DNA of 64,000 nucleotides from Octopus vulgaris (lineage: Eukaryota), in the NCBI GenBank assembly GCA_951406725.2, contig OX597817.1:89032001-89096000 (forward strand). The letters run 5' to 3'. Shown one piece after another: positions 50,547 to 64,000 of this stretch. The first letter of the stretch is position 1, and each line of letters starts with the position of its first letter. The notes under the pieces were generated by a model. It searched no databases. It saw nothing but the letters and a program-made list of their open reading frames with translations, and had not been told where the DNA came from. A program made the position numbers and the translations under genes.

Positions 50547-50638
50547 CTTTGAATGACCCGTTTGTTTTTTTGTCCGTCCCTTCGTGTATTTCACGTTATT
50601 TATGTAAAGGTTTACTATATATATATATATATACACAT

Positions 50639-50692
<54 letters not shown>

Positions 50693-51202
50693 GCGCGCGC
50701 ACACACGTACACGCACATATATATGTGTGTGTGTGTATGTATATCTACGTATGTATGTATGAATGTATGTATCTATACATATATACATACACACATATAT
50801 ATACATATATACGACGAACTTCTTTCAGTGGTCCACCAAATCCACTGGCCTTTGGTTGGCCCGAGGCTATAGTAGAAGACACTTCCTCCAGTTGCCACGC
50901 AGTTGGACTGAACCCAGAACCATGCCGTTGGCAAGCAAACTTCTTACCACACAGCCACACCTATGTATATGTGCGCATATGTATGTATATGGGCGTATGC
51001 ATATGCATGCAACTGTATGTATATGTGTGTATATGTATGTATTTGGGTGTATGTTTGCGTGTTGTACTTATCTAAATGTATGCGTGTATTCATGGATATG
51101 TTTTTTAATGTGTTGGCATGTATGTGTGAGTGTATGTATGTATGTATGTATGAATGTATGTATGTATGTATGTGTGTATGTATGTATGTATGTATGTATG
51201 TA

Positions 51203-51235
<33 letters not shown>

Positions 51236-51579
51236 ATGTATGTATGTATGTATGTATGTATGTGTGTGTGTATGTGTGAGCGCATGTATGCATGTTTATG
51301 TAAATGCTAATATGTCAATGTGTGTGTGTGTGTATGTGCGTGTCTATACATCTGTAAGTGTACAATTATGAATATACGTGTGTATGTTAATATGTATGCA
51401 GATGTTTGCACGAGAATATGTATGTTTACATGCGAATTTTTAATTGTTTGTAAATGTTTGCGTATATAAAATTGTTTTTATGTATATATTTGTTTATATG
51501 TATATTTTTATGTGCTTTTGCCTGTATTTTGTTTGTATACTTGAGTATGTATCTGTTTGCTTGTGTATGTGTTTGTGTG

Positions 51580-51632
<53 letters not shown>

Positions 51633-52998
51633 TTTGGTTGTATACTTGTGTGTGCATGCGCACGTGCGCGTATTTTGTATGTATATGTATGTCTATATGA
51701 GTGTGTATATACGATTAGAGGTGTATGTGCATGTCTGTTTCCGTATATGTGTGTTTATATACATGTGTCTGTATATATCTCCGTCTGTGCATATGTGTAT
51801 GTGTGTGTGAGTGTGTGTGTGCGTGTGTGTGTTATATGCTGTTTATACGTGTGAATCTATATGCTTCTGTATATGTGAATGTGTCTGCAATTGTATGCGT
51901 TTGTAAATATGCGCATGTGTATGTGAGTGTGTGTATGTGTATGTTTGTGTATGTGTGAAATTTTGTGTATGCTACATTGATGTAGGTTCACCTATTACGA
52001 AGAAGTAGATAGGGCACGTGGACAGGTGGAAGAGCAGAGTGGATGTCGTGTTTTGCTGGTGGTGGTATTGATGCCGTTATTATTTTTTGTTGTTTGCAGT
52101 GGTTTGTGTTTTTGGTGTAGTTTGTTGTTGTTGGTAGTAGTGATGGTGGTGGTGGTGGTAATGTGGTTGTAAGAGATTTGATGATTAAGAAGGGCAATAT
52201 AGCCAGATACATAAAGAGGAAGAAGTGAGAGTGAGAGAGTGAGAGAAAGGGAGAAGGAGAGAGAGAGAGAGGAACCGGAGAGAGAAAGGGACGGAGAGAA
52301 AAACAGTGAATGGAGGAAAAGGGAGATAGAAAGAGAAGAGGGAGGGAGAGAGAGAGAGAGAGAAAGAAAGAGAGAGAGAGAGTAAAAGACGTGCAAAGGA
52401 GAGAGTGGAATAATAAAAAGGCGGGATCAAAGAAACGTTTTGAAGATATTGATTTGAAGGAGAATCCTCATTTCTGCCAAGCTGCCGCTGAAAACACCTT
52501 TTAATGGTACGGCGGCGTGGTCGTCGAACGCTTTGACAATTCGGTCAAAATGCCTTTGATGTGGTTCCTGATAGAGCGGGAGAGAATGAGACAGAGAGAG
52601 AAAGGGTGAAAGAATGGTTGAGAGAGAGAGGGTGAGTGAAACAGAGGGAGAAAGAAGTAGAGGGGGAGGTAGAAAGAAAGTGGGGAGAGAAAGTAGGAGA
52701 GGAATGAGTTGAGGGGGGGTATTGTAATTACACCCAATACCTGCTGTGTCATCCACTTCTCTTCCCGCACCTCTAACATGTGTGTGTGTGTGTATTTGTG
52801 AATATGTATAAACAAAATCATACACGCATTCATAGATATTTACCATATATTTACTTACACAAACTCACTTTCAATGTGTATGTATGTACGTACGTATATG
52901 CATATGTATGTTGTATGCGCATATGTATGTATATGTATATAAATATATACATATACACACATTATAAATATGTATATACGTATACACATATGTGTATG

Positions 52999-53039
<41 letters not shown>

Positions 53040-53485
53040 ACACACATACACACGCATACACACACACTCATGTACGTGTCTGGCGAGTTTGGTTCGTTTG
53101 ATGAGCCGATGAAAATTGGAGCCGAATCAAACTGTTATCAAGTAATAGGGTGTTCACACTAAATTTGACGATTTTTAAATGTCTCCCGTTTTCAGGAATA
53201 GCTTAAGGCATTGGTGATCAGTCATCGGCGTTTGAGCCCTTAAAGGTTAAAGTTATTGTTGAGTAAACGTTAACTGACATGGAGGACTGGAAGCCATCTG
53301 ACTATTGTTGGAAAGGAATTGCCTGTATTATGATGATTTACGTCGGGCAACAAAATGCCGACATCATGATTGCTGCACACTGCTACGTAAACACTGTACA
53401 GGCTGTGAAACGTGACAACTGCAACGAAAGCTATTAATCCGTGGCCAGCAGGAAGGGACACAGTAGGCGTTCTGACTGTGTCTAC

Positions 53486-54130
53486 ACGAAGGAGCTAGAT
53501 CAGCTCTATATACTGGGTGTAGCATCAGTTCAATTCCCTCAAGTTCCTGGAGTTTAATCCGGGTCGTTTGGGCTGTATGAGGTTTTTTGTTGTCTTGCTG
53601 CAGAAGAGCACGCGTTCTCTTAACCAATGTGGAGTATTTTTTGTCGCACATTGGTATACAACCGCACCAGCTGTTCACAGTACTGGTTGATATCGTTAGT
53701 TTGACCGTCCAGAACGAACTTGTAATGAATTATCCGTTTATAATTCCACCAGACACAGAGATTCACCTTGTGTTCGAAACGCCCATGTTTAGCGACAGGT
53801 TCTAGAAGCTGGCCGTTGCTCAGCCACTGCTTATGCATGACAAGACAGAAGGAAAATATCTCCCTCGGATTATCACCTGTTCCAGGGCATGACTCGCTTC
53901 TTGCGCTCGTGACTCTTCATCAACAAAGAGAAGGTGGAAGCTTCACTGAAGGAATTCTTTGCCTCGAAGGGCAAGAACTAGCATCAGCGTGGGATCAAAG
54001 AGCTGGCAGAAAGGTGGCTTCAGACGGTGCAGCACCATGACCTCTAGTTTTAAATGCTAGGCTTTTTTTTGTGTAATTAGACGAATGAAATAAGTGACCA
54101 AAATATTGCAAAACTTTTCTCTCAACACAA
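53486..54130. mobile_element. Rearranged mariner remnant
   Basis: Minus strand 53486-53838: KVNLCVWWNYKRIIHYK, LLQQDNKKPHTA, HPVYRADLAPS. Plus strand about 53898-54050: KEKVEASLKEFFASK..RGIKELAERWLQTVQH, then a TIR-like end ...AAAACTTTTCTCTCAACACAA-TA. Confidence 0.8.
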
Positions 54131-54310
54131 TAGATGTATGTATGTATGTATGTATGTATGTATGTATGTATGTATGTATGTATGTATGTATGTATGTATG
54201 TATGTATGTATGTATGTATGTATGTATGTATGTATGTATGTATGTTTGCATGCATATGTATGTATGTTTGTATGTATGTACGTATGTATGTATGTATGTA
54301 TGTATGTATG

Positions 54311-54341
<31 letters not shown>

Positions 54342-54348
54342 GTATGTA

Positions 54349-54397
<49 letters not shown>

Positions 54398-54455
54398 GTA
54401 TACATACATACATACATCTATACATCCATACTTACATGCATTGTGTATGCGTATA

Positions 54456-54499
<44 letters not shown>

Positions 54500-54684
54500 T
54501 GTATGTGTGTGTGTATGAATCAGCATTCCATCAAATGCGTACTGATTTGTGGTACTGATTTGACCCATGCTGAATTTCTTCATCAATGAACGGAAATCAT
54601 CTGAGATAGAAATCTTTACAATAAAATGGACTCAAAGCCTCTCTATAAAAGAGATTATAAAACCGAAGCAATTCATACAGATAA

Positions 54685-54878
54685 TTATTTCTACTAAAGG
54701 CTCAAGGCTTGAAAATTTGAGGGAAGAAGGATTATCGATTATATCCTCAACTGATACATATTTCGTCGACTCCGAAAGAATGAAAGGCAAAGTCGACTCT
54801 GGCGGAATTTGAACTCAGAATGCAAAGACGGACAAAATGCTGTCAAACAGTTTGTCAGATGGGACAGAATTTGCACCA
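54685..54878 (-). mobile_element. Second SINE family copy
   Basis: GTCGACTCCGAAAGAATGAAAGGCAAAGTCGACTCTGGCGGAATTTGAACTCAGAA. Confidence 0.85.
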
Positions 54879-54879
54879 T

Positions 54880-54947
<68 letters not shown>

Positions 54948-55082
54948 ATGCGCGCACCTATAGTATGTTTGTGTGTATGTGCGCGCGTGTGTGAGTGTGC
55001 ATGTCTGTTTAAGGATGAAAAAGCTGAAGTGAAGCATTGAACAAGCTTCGAAATGCATTCCAAGTTATCTCTATTAACGTAT

Positions 55083-55126
<44 letters not shown>

Positions 55127-55271
55127 AAGAGAGAGAGAGAGGGAGAGAAAGAAAGAGTGAGAAAGAGAAGTAGATGAAGGTTTAGGATGTTCTACCACTT
55201 GAGAACATTAAAAACGGAGGCATAATATGAGGTGTGTATATATGTTTGTCTCCATCGCCCGTCTTCTTTCA

Positions 55272-55323
<52 letters not shown>

Positions 55324-55727
55324 ATATACACACACATATATATATATATATACACACACATACACACACAAACACACACATGTGTATGCATGCAAGTATT
55401 TATGTATGTGTATGTCTGAGTGTTTGTGTGTGTGTCAACATGCACACACACGCACCCACACACACACGCACCCACACACACACGCACCCACACACACACG
55501 CACCCACACACACACGCACCCACACACACACGCACCCACACACACACGCACCCACCACACACGCACCCACACACACACTCACATAATCATACGCACTTAA
55601 ACGCGTAAAAACATACGCACAAACACATATATAGTCGGTCGACTGAGTTGCATGAATTAGAATAATTTATAAAATAACAAAATCAACAACAATAACAACA
55701 ACAACAGAAATACTACTACTGCTGCTG

Positions 55728-55821
<94 letters not shown>

Positions 55822-55844
55822 CAACAACAACAACAATAATAATA

Positions 55845-55905
<61 letters not shown>

Positions 55906-56051
55906 TAATAATATATGCACATATACTACCCATTTATAGAGATATATTCACATGTGAGTATATATATATATATGTATACACTTCTTTTTGGATTTGGTTT
56001 GCAAGATGCTTTATGTGAGTTCGTGTGTCGAAGCGCATGCATACATACATG

Positions 56052-56095
<44 letters not shown>

Positions 56096-56597
56096 TAGAT
56101 AGATACACATACATGCGCATACATTCTATCGTATAGTCTTGTAAATTTTTAAATTGTGCTATTTTGTATTTCATGAATACTTAATTATACAACGCCCATT
56201 CGACTTGTAAAATTCCAAACCAGAACGAAATGCTGATTTCGATGTTGTTCCACCTTTTTATTTTTCCACATTTCCAATTTTAAATATTTTATTATACAAT
56301 AGAATTTTTCTCTACCGGAATCATCCCTGGGCCTTTATTTGTCCCAACTCTTCTATTCTTAGTCTTGTGTTGTTTGTATTTGTCTCAGTCATTGGACTCC
56401 AGCCATTCTGGAGTAATACTTTGAAGTGTTTAAACAAACAAATGGACACTGGTATTTATTCTTTTATGTGTCTCGTAGGTATTCTATCGATTTCTTCGAC
56501 CGAAGCGCTAGATAACAGGGATCGCAAACAAATCAATACCGCTTCTCAAGTGCTGCGAGACTCACCAAAACATGCACACACATATATACAAGCACAC

Positions 56598-56700
<103 letters not shown>

Positions 56701-57143
56701 CGACAGGCTTCCACACAGTTTCCGTCAACCAAATTCAGTCACAAAGCATTGATCGATCTGAGGCTGGAGCACAACACATTTTCCAAAGGTGCCGCGCATT
56801 GAGACTGAAACCGAAACCACATGATCGCGAACTTCTTAACCACATATAGCCGTTCCTGAACCTGTATATGAGAAACTTGAAAATATCATTTCTCGCATCA
56901 ATAAACGGTTTATGTTTTTTTACCATAGTTTTTGAAAGTACCATGTAGCAATACACATTTCTCTCCGATTCAACGTTAACCGCTGGAAACTGTTTACACA
57001 TCTCACTTACAATACATTTTCGGATTCAAAGTAAATCCATATAAACGGAGGAAACATTCCTTGATTAGAAATTAAAGCTTTACAAACTTAGTTGAACCCT
57101 GGCAAAATATTAGAAATATTTCGATTACACACACACGCACACG

Positions 57144-57253
<110 letters not shown>

Positions 57254-57699
57254 TTTTTTTGCCAGTAAACAAGGCCATCAATGATTCCATGTAAAGAGAA
57301 ATCTTCACAATTTTCAAGCGAGCCACATTGAAACGTTGGTACTGGTTTCTATGTCGGACGATACTAGCGTGTATTTAATATATATATATATATTATGTAG
57401 TCGAGTAGTATATCCTTGATTATGGCCAACGAGAAAGTTATCATTGGTTTCATGCCTACAATTGCACCTGTCAATATAAGCCCTCACCAGATCTGTTGAA
57501 CGGAGGCACATAACTTCTTTAGTAATGGAGGTAAAAATAAGTCCGAATCAGTTTGGTGGTAAAAAAAATCCGAGACAAAAAAATGCTCTGAAACGGAAAA
57601 AATAAAACATTCTTAAAGAGACAGAGTTACCTTCTTTTGAACCAGTTCAGCTGTGTTCGAATTGGGTCAGTTTGTGAACGTCCAAACAAATTTTCTATC

Positions 57700-58700
57700 A
57701 TGAGGGCACTTTCTAAATCAAATTTTCTATCATAAGGGCACTGGCTAAAAATTACCGTTTTTGAATTCAATAAGGCATCTGGATCATGAAAATTTTTGAG
57801 AGTCATTGTCCTCTCGACCACTGTCTGCTTTCGTTGAGATACGGTCCAGGTTGTTGAAGCGTCTTGAAATTCTGTATAGCGTTCCCTCATCTTTTAAACG
57901 CCATATGTAACTGGCTGATGTCATAACATTGTGCCTCCTTGGGATGCTAAAAGAGGCTCTGTGGTTATTTAGTCTGGTCTTCACGGGACCTCCTGTTACT
58001 CAATCATATTTCCGTGTGTCTGTGTTCCCTTATGCTGCTGTTGCTGCTGCCGTTGTTGCTGCTACTGTACGATGTCACCTCTGCTTCGTAGACCACAGCC
58101 TCAGAGTTGCGTCGACCATCTAGTGGACACTCCCTGTTACTCCTACATGGACATCCCCTAGATGCGTGGGGTTTTGGGAGTTCCTTAATATCTTTTTGTT
58201 TACACTCAGCGTATAGCTGAACGAAAACCTAAGTTATATCAATTGAATGATCTCATATACCATGAGACTATGTAAAATGTCTATGCACTAATCTTGGAAA
58301 ACCCTTCCTACGCAGGTCTTGACGTTGAGTGAGAAGGGAAGGGTAAACTAAAAACCATTACTGCGACACTTTCTTTTGAGAGTGTTAGGTCCGGCATAGA
58401 GGTGATGCGGTCCTTTAGCTGGCTGCTAAAGCTGCAGTATCAAAAATGAAGAAAAAGATCTAAATTCTCTTACCTTCACAAGGTTTTTAAGCCCAATAGA
58501 TGGACGACAGGAGTCTGAGTTAATATACGAAAGTCTTACATTTGGTTGGCGGTAAGGTCTGTATGAACCGGTGCACAAATCGAGTGTGGCATCAAAAAAT
58601 CTTAACTACGGTAAGGTTGGTCTCAGTTGTAACCTTTAAATCAAATGAGATAAGTATATGAATCAGGTCTATATTAAGCCTGTCCAGGTCTAAACGAGAT
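57700..58700 (-). pseudogene. Decayed Penelope-like element (RT thumb, linker and GIY-YIG end)
   Basis: FDATLDLCTGSYRPYRQPN...YINSDS, FTLPFSLNVKTCVGRVF, KTRLNNHRASF...SASYIWRLK, LLNSKTVIFSQCPY. A different subfamily from the ORF at 1-675. Confidence 0.78.
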
Positions 58701-59333
58701 GGTCACTCGGCTTGCTAGAAAGAGAAATAAAATCTCGTCTCATACCATCTATTATTATTGGATAATGTAATCAAGAGTACACTACTGTTCTGTCTCTCCT
58801 TCTGTTCTCAGTTTTCTAGCCTTTTTTTTTAACGCTAAATGACTGATAACTAATTTTCATGCGTTATTTTTTAGCGCAACTTTTTTTTCAAATTATCATT
58901 TACGTCAAAAGATCATATATTTCCATGTCTGTTTTGTCTTGTATTTCCCATATCGTCCATATATACTTCTTTTGTATAATAACTTTTTCTCTTTTAGTAT
59001 CTGCTCCATACTGTTGATTCAGTGAATTGAATGAGTCGAAATTAGCGTGACCACAAGCTGACCATTAACAATAGAATTGAAATTTTACATCCGTTTCTGT
59101 TGTTTTCGTTTTCCTAGTAAAATTGTCATTCATCTTGTGCCACCTTCTCTCTCCCTCTTTCTATGTCTCTCTCTTTCTCTGTCACTATCTCCTTCTCTGT
59201 CTCTCTCTCTTTCTCTGTCTCTCTCATTCTCTGTCTGTCTTTCCTCTCTCCTCTCTCTCTTTATATATATATATATATATATGTACACACACACACACAC
59301 ACGCGCACACACATACACACCTACACACATATA

Positions 59334-59407
<74 letters not shown>

Positions 59408-59697
59408 TTTGAGAATTTTCGTTAACTTTGAACGTGAGTGGGTGGTAACACAGTAAAAAGACAGCTGAAACATAGAGAGTGCTAATGTGCAAGTGATTGT
59501 TGAACGTGTGTAGGTAGATGAAGTCAGATTGATCACCTAAGTCAATAACAATTCACACCTCTTCGTTAAGAAACTTAAGTCTTGTAGGGCAACCTTGTTT
59601 ATGGAACCAATACTGTTGACTATAATACTTAATATTGGTTGTTTGTAGTAGTTAGTATTTGGTAATAGTAGTGGTTAATAATTTTGGTGGTTAGAGA

Positions 59698-59731
<34 letters not shown>

Positions 59732-59773
59732 CAGTGTTTATTCATGGTCAGAGTTGTTCGGAAACCGAGTTAC

Positions 59774-59863
<90 letters not shown>

Positions 59864-59866
<3 letters not shown>

Positions 59867-60782
59867 CATACTACATGTGTGGAAAATATACTACATATGT
59901 GGGAAATTCTGTCTGTGGGTCTGTTTGTGGAGTTGTTAGCTAACTCCTCCTACATCGTTTTATCGATTTTGATGAAACTTGACGCATGAGTAGAACTCAT
60001 GTCTGGGAACCTCATGGCATACTCAGATTGTTGTTGAGAAAATCGATAATAGGGCCCTGGAAGGGATCCTTATATATATCTAAAATATTTTATTTTAGAA
60101 ACCAAGGGAAATAACCCATTCGCCCCGGAAGTGATCCTTATACATATAGTCAAGGGAAATAACCCAATCATTTTCTTAAATTATCTGGTAAAAATGAAAT
60201 TGAGTATGCCTATTTCTTAGTATTTGATCTCTTAGAGTCATTTTCGCAATTTATCCAGTACAACCCTTAAACAAGTAAATAATATTTTCCTAAACAATAG
60301 AACTACTTATTTCGGTTAGTGACTTATTCACGAATATACCAACACTAGCACTCCTAAGGATAATATTCTCTGGGAACGCACAAAAGCCTTTTTCAGAGTT
60401 ATTTACTTTTAATTATTATCTCATATCTGATTAGCCTGTTATTACTTAACATGCTTCACGATATTAGTATACATACCTTATTAGTATTTCCTTCTATGTT
60501 CTATATACCGTTTTTGTGTCTACTTTATTTGAATTGTTACTATTGGGTAACCAATTTTATGTTATTACATAACTGACTTCACAATTTGGGTATTCATAAC
60601 TTATTGGGAATTCTTAAAAACAGGATCATGTGTAAGACAGTTCGGTATTCTGTGTAAATGCACAAAAACCGTTTTAAGGGCTACATACTTTGTATTGTTG
60701 TTATTAGATTAGCGAAACAATTATGAGAACGGAACCAGAGGATAAGCCCGCTTTCCCGGAAATTATCGGATACGTCAGCTAG
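59864..60782 (+). mobile_element. Probable non-autonomous Helitron
   Basis: 5' TCTG-type tetramers followed by AACTCCTCCTACATCGTTTTATCGATTTTGATGAAACTT; 3' short hairpin CCGG-AAATTA-TCGG and terminal CTAG before T. Confidence 0.6.
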
Positions 60783-61072
60783 TATATATATATATATATC
60801 GGTGGTTATGTTATATAGTATTAGCAACTGTAATAGTTTTGCGTGTTTATATCAGATAGCATTGGCAATAATAAAAAAAGCAGTTATTGGTACCTACAAG
60901 AGGTAGTATTGTTCTTCCCTATTAGTTATTGATGGTTAAAATATTGAAATCGAACACTATAATATTTGTTATTGGTAGATATTGTATACGTTATTAGTGA
61001 GTATAGTCGTTATTTCCTGCTTAAAATAATATAAACACAAAAACACATAGTACACACATATATGTGCGTTTG

Positions 61073-61151
<79 letters not shown>

Positions 61152-61592
61152 ATACGTAATACGTGGGTGTGTGTGTACGTATATATTACAATATAGTGTT
61201 TGCATGCATCTGCCATATTTACACAGCTGCATTGACCTAGAAATTCCGAATCAACCAAATGGCACACTCCCAAATTTACCTGTTAGTTAAGAGAAAAGGA
61301 AAACACCTCTATGGCCCCCGAAATACGCATACACACGTACACACAAACACAAACACACGCATACATACACACACACACACACACACACGCATCAATACAA
61401 ATGTATGTGCATATGTGTTTCTGGGCTTGTGAGAGAATATATATGTATTGTACGGCTCAACGTGGTTATTAGTGAAATGGTACAGTGTTTGTAAAAAGTA
61501 CTATATGTATATATATACATACATACATGCATATATATATATACATACATACATACACATACACATTCACACACACATACATATATATATAC

Positions 61593-61623
<31 letters not shown>

Positions 61624-61630
61624 CACACAT

Positions 61631-61667
<37 letters not shown>

Positions 61668-61708
61668 CATGTATATATATGCGTGTGTATATATATGTGT
61701 GTGCGAAT

Positions 61709-61762
<54 letters not shown>

Positions 61763-61843
61763 TACTACTTGTATTTAGGTGGATAGAAAAACTGTGTATG
61801 CTTGCGCGCGCGCGTGTCTGTATGTATATTATATATATACATA

Positions 61844-61889
<46 letters not shown>

Positions 61890-64000
61890 GGGAGAGAGAA
61901 AGAGAGAGAGAGAGAGATAGAGAATCGTAGATTTAGCGTCTCTGCGCGCGCGCGTGCGTGCATGTCTGTGTGTGTGTGTGTGTGTGTGTGCGTGTGTGTG
62001 TGTGTGTGTGTGCGCGCGTGCGTGTGTGCGTGTATGTTTGTTTGTGTGAGCTTCTCTATAAACTTTCCGTTTGAAGGTTACATTTCTCTTATAATTGGAC
62101 ATTACATCCAATTAATGGTATATTCTGGTGTTATGATATATCTTCCTTTCTCTCAAAGGATGTTACCCTCTCACCCCATATTCTCTCACTACAAATATAC
62201 TATGTGTGAGTGTGTGTGTGTGCGTTCGTGCCACTATATATATATATATCCACACACACATGTATTTTTTGTACATATATGTGTGTGTGTGTACATATAT
62301 ATATATATTTGAGCATGCGTGTTTATGTATGTGTATGTTAATTTATACGCGTATGCTTATATATGTGTATTTGTTTGTTTGTTTGTGTGTGTGTGTGTGG
62401 GGGGGGGGTTAAGTGAGTGTTTTGTATGTTTGCATGCTTGTATGTATGTATGTATGTATGTATGAATGTATGTATGTACGTATGTATGTATGTATAATAG
62501 ACTCACCGATCAAGAACGATGTAGGATCTCACGTTAACAAACATGAGGATACAGTAACACGGGCAACCCGAGGAGCGTGAAAACTCCTTTTATACTACAC
62601 CTACTGTGTCCTCAAGTGATGAGACTGACGAAAGGATCGTATTTTATTATCACAGACGCGCTTCATACATCCTCCATCGCACTATCAACATTAAGCACTT
62701 TCGAGATATAAATGAAAAATGGTTTGTTACTGTACAAACTGAACAAAGAATTAGTTTTTTGGTGTAGCACATTTTCGCAGACTCTACATCATTCTCTCAT
62801 GTCTGTATCTCCTGAACTCCAGAACAGTGTGCAGAAGTGTCAGATATAATAGAGCTTTTCAGGGTAGTTAGAATTGTGTAACCCAAGCAGATCAATGCTG
62901 ATATCTCTTTCCGCAATGGACATAATTATTCTTTTGCTAAAGTTTTTATATTAATACCACACATACATTCATATAACTTGCAGACATAAATTGGAATATA
63001 CGAAATAACATATGTAACCGCAATGTTATTTTAACAAATCACCAGCTGCCGTGATTGAAAATTTTGAGCGAGTTTACTTCTGCTTTGTTAGCAAAGGGCA
63101 AAGGTTGAAACTTTCCATGAGGTACACTTCTGGAAACTTTCCTAAGCTAATACCCACGCATGCGGACGCACACACATGCGCACAAATACACAAGTACAAA
63201 TATATATATATGTATATATACATATATACACATGTACATATATATGTTACAAACGTACGTACAAGATTACTTGCGCACGTATATACACATACAGATTCAT
63301 ACAGACACATGTATACACATACACACAGACACATATATGGATACAATATATCTGTGTGTGAGTGCGTGTGAGTGTGTTTCTGTGTGTACGTGTATGTGTG
63401 TTTGTGTGTATTTGTGTGTGCGCGCACACATTCATGTGTGTGTGTTTATGTGCGTGTGCGCGCACGTATTGTTTTTTAATTTCTCTGTGTGTACATTAAG
63501 ATCAGTTTTTTTTGTTTTTACTTCTTATTTAAAATTGTTGAATGATAGTGTATGACTTGGAACATATATTTGAGGTAGAGGTCATGTGAATTTGATTCAT
63601 TCTTAAATGCCTTTACTGTATCTCACAACGCTCATGAAATGCTGCTAGCCTCTCCTTAGTCTCTGTATTCCAAATATACCCTGAAAGAGCTGCGGTGTAT
63701 TTTTAGGTAGCAATGTTAGAACAAATAGTTGTGCTAGTGCAGGTAACTCTTCAAGAAATTCACTGTAATCTTATCTAGTTTACTGATGTGCTGCAGGTGG
63801 TGACATCTGCCCAGTAATTATTTTACGTTTGTTTTCAGTAGTATTGCATTGCGGTTATTGATGACTTTAGACATTTTTCACTCAACTGTATTTCACATTT
63901 AATGTTGTTCTTGTATGGCCGATATAGAAATGATTTCAAATGAAAGAGCAAATGATTTGCAGTGTGTGTTTATACACCAAAATTGAACTGTCAGTTATGT

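Noticed and set aside
62505-62640. Structured segment with CUGACGA and an upstream GAAA, a possible sixth re-ordered copy
   Set aside because: A stem I-like pair exists (UCUCA/UGAGA) but there is no NUH or stem III in register, and X/Y cannot be assigned cleanly.
62650-64000. Possible host exons in unique-looking sequence
   Set aside because: No recognisable ORF or supportable splice structure; small exons cannot be excluded without transcript data.

Overview
Repeat-saturated, AT-rich eukaryotic DNA with no recognisable host gene. The density of (TA)n, (CA)n, (TATG)n and (TATC)n tracts and the SINE families point to an octopus (cephalopod) genome; this is an inference. Almost all ORF-track entries are microsatellite translations. 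Real coding remnants are a Penelope-like GIY-YIG ORF end (1-675), a decayed Penelope-like element, three DD34D mariners plus a further fragment, a DD37D maT element and Tx1-, CR1/jockey-, R4/Dong- and RTE-like LINE fragments. SINEs, mariner-derived fold-back MITEs and a probable non-autonomous Helitron are also present. Main observation: short non-coding elements in or next to microsatellites carry hammerhead ribozyme (HHR) motifs. About ten are ordinary type I or minimal Penelope-type HHRs. Five diverged copies (4685-4800 minus; 18560-18689; 45497-45613; 49821-49953; 50457-50546) hold the HHR core segments in the order NUH, GAAA, CUGANGA, which is not the circular permutation of type I, II or III. 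In these, stem II is replaced by a junction built from an upstream splint strand, and the helices covary between copies. All folds were derived by eye, and novelty has not been checked against Rfam or the literature.
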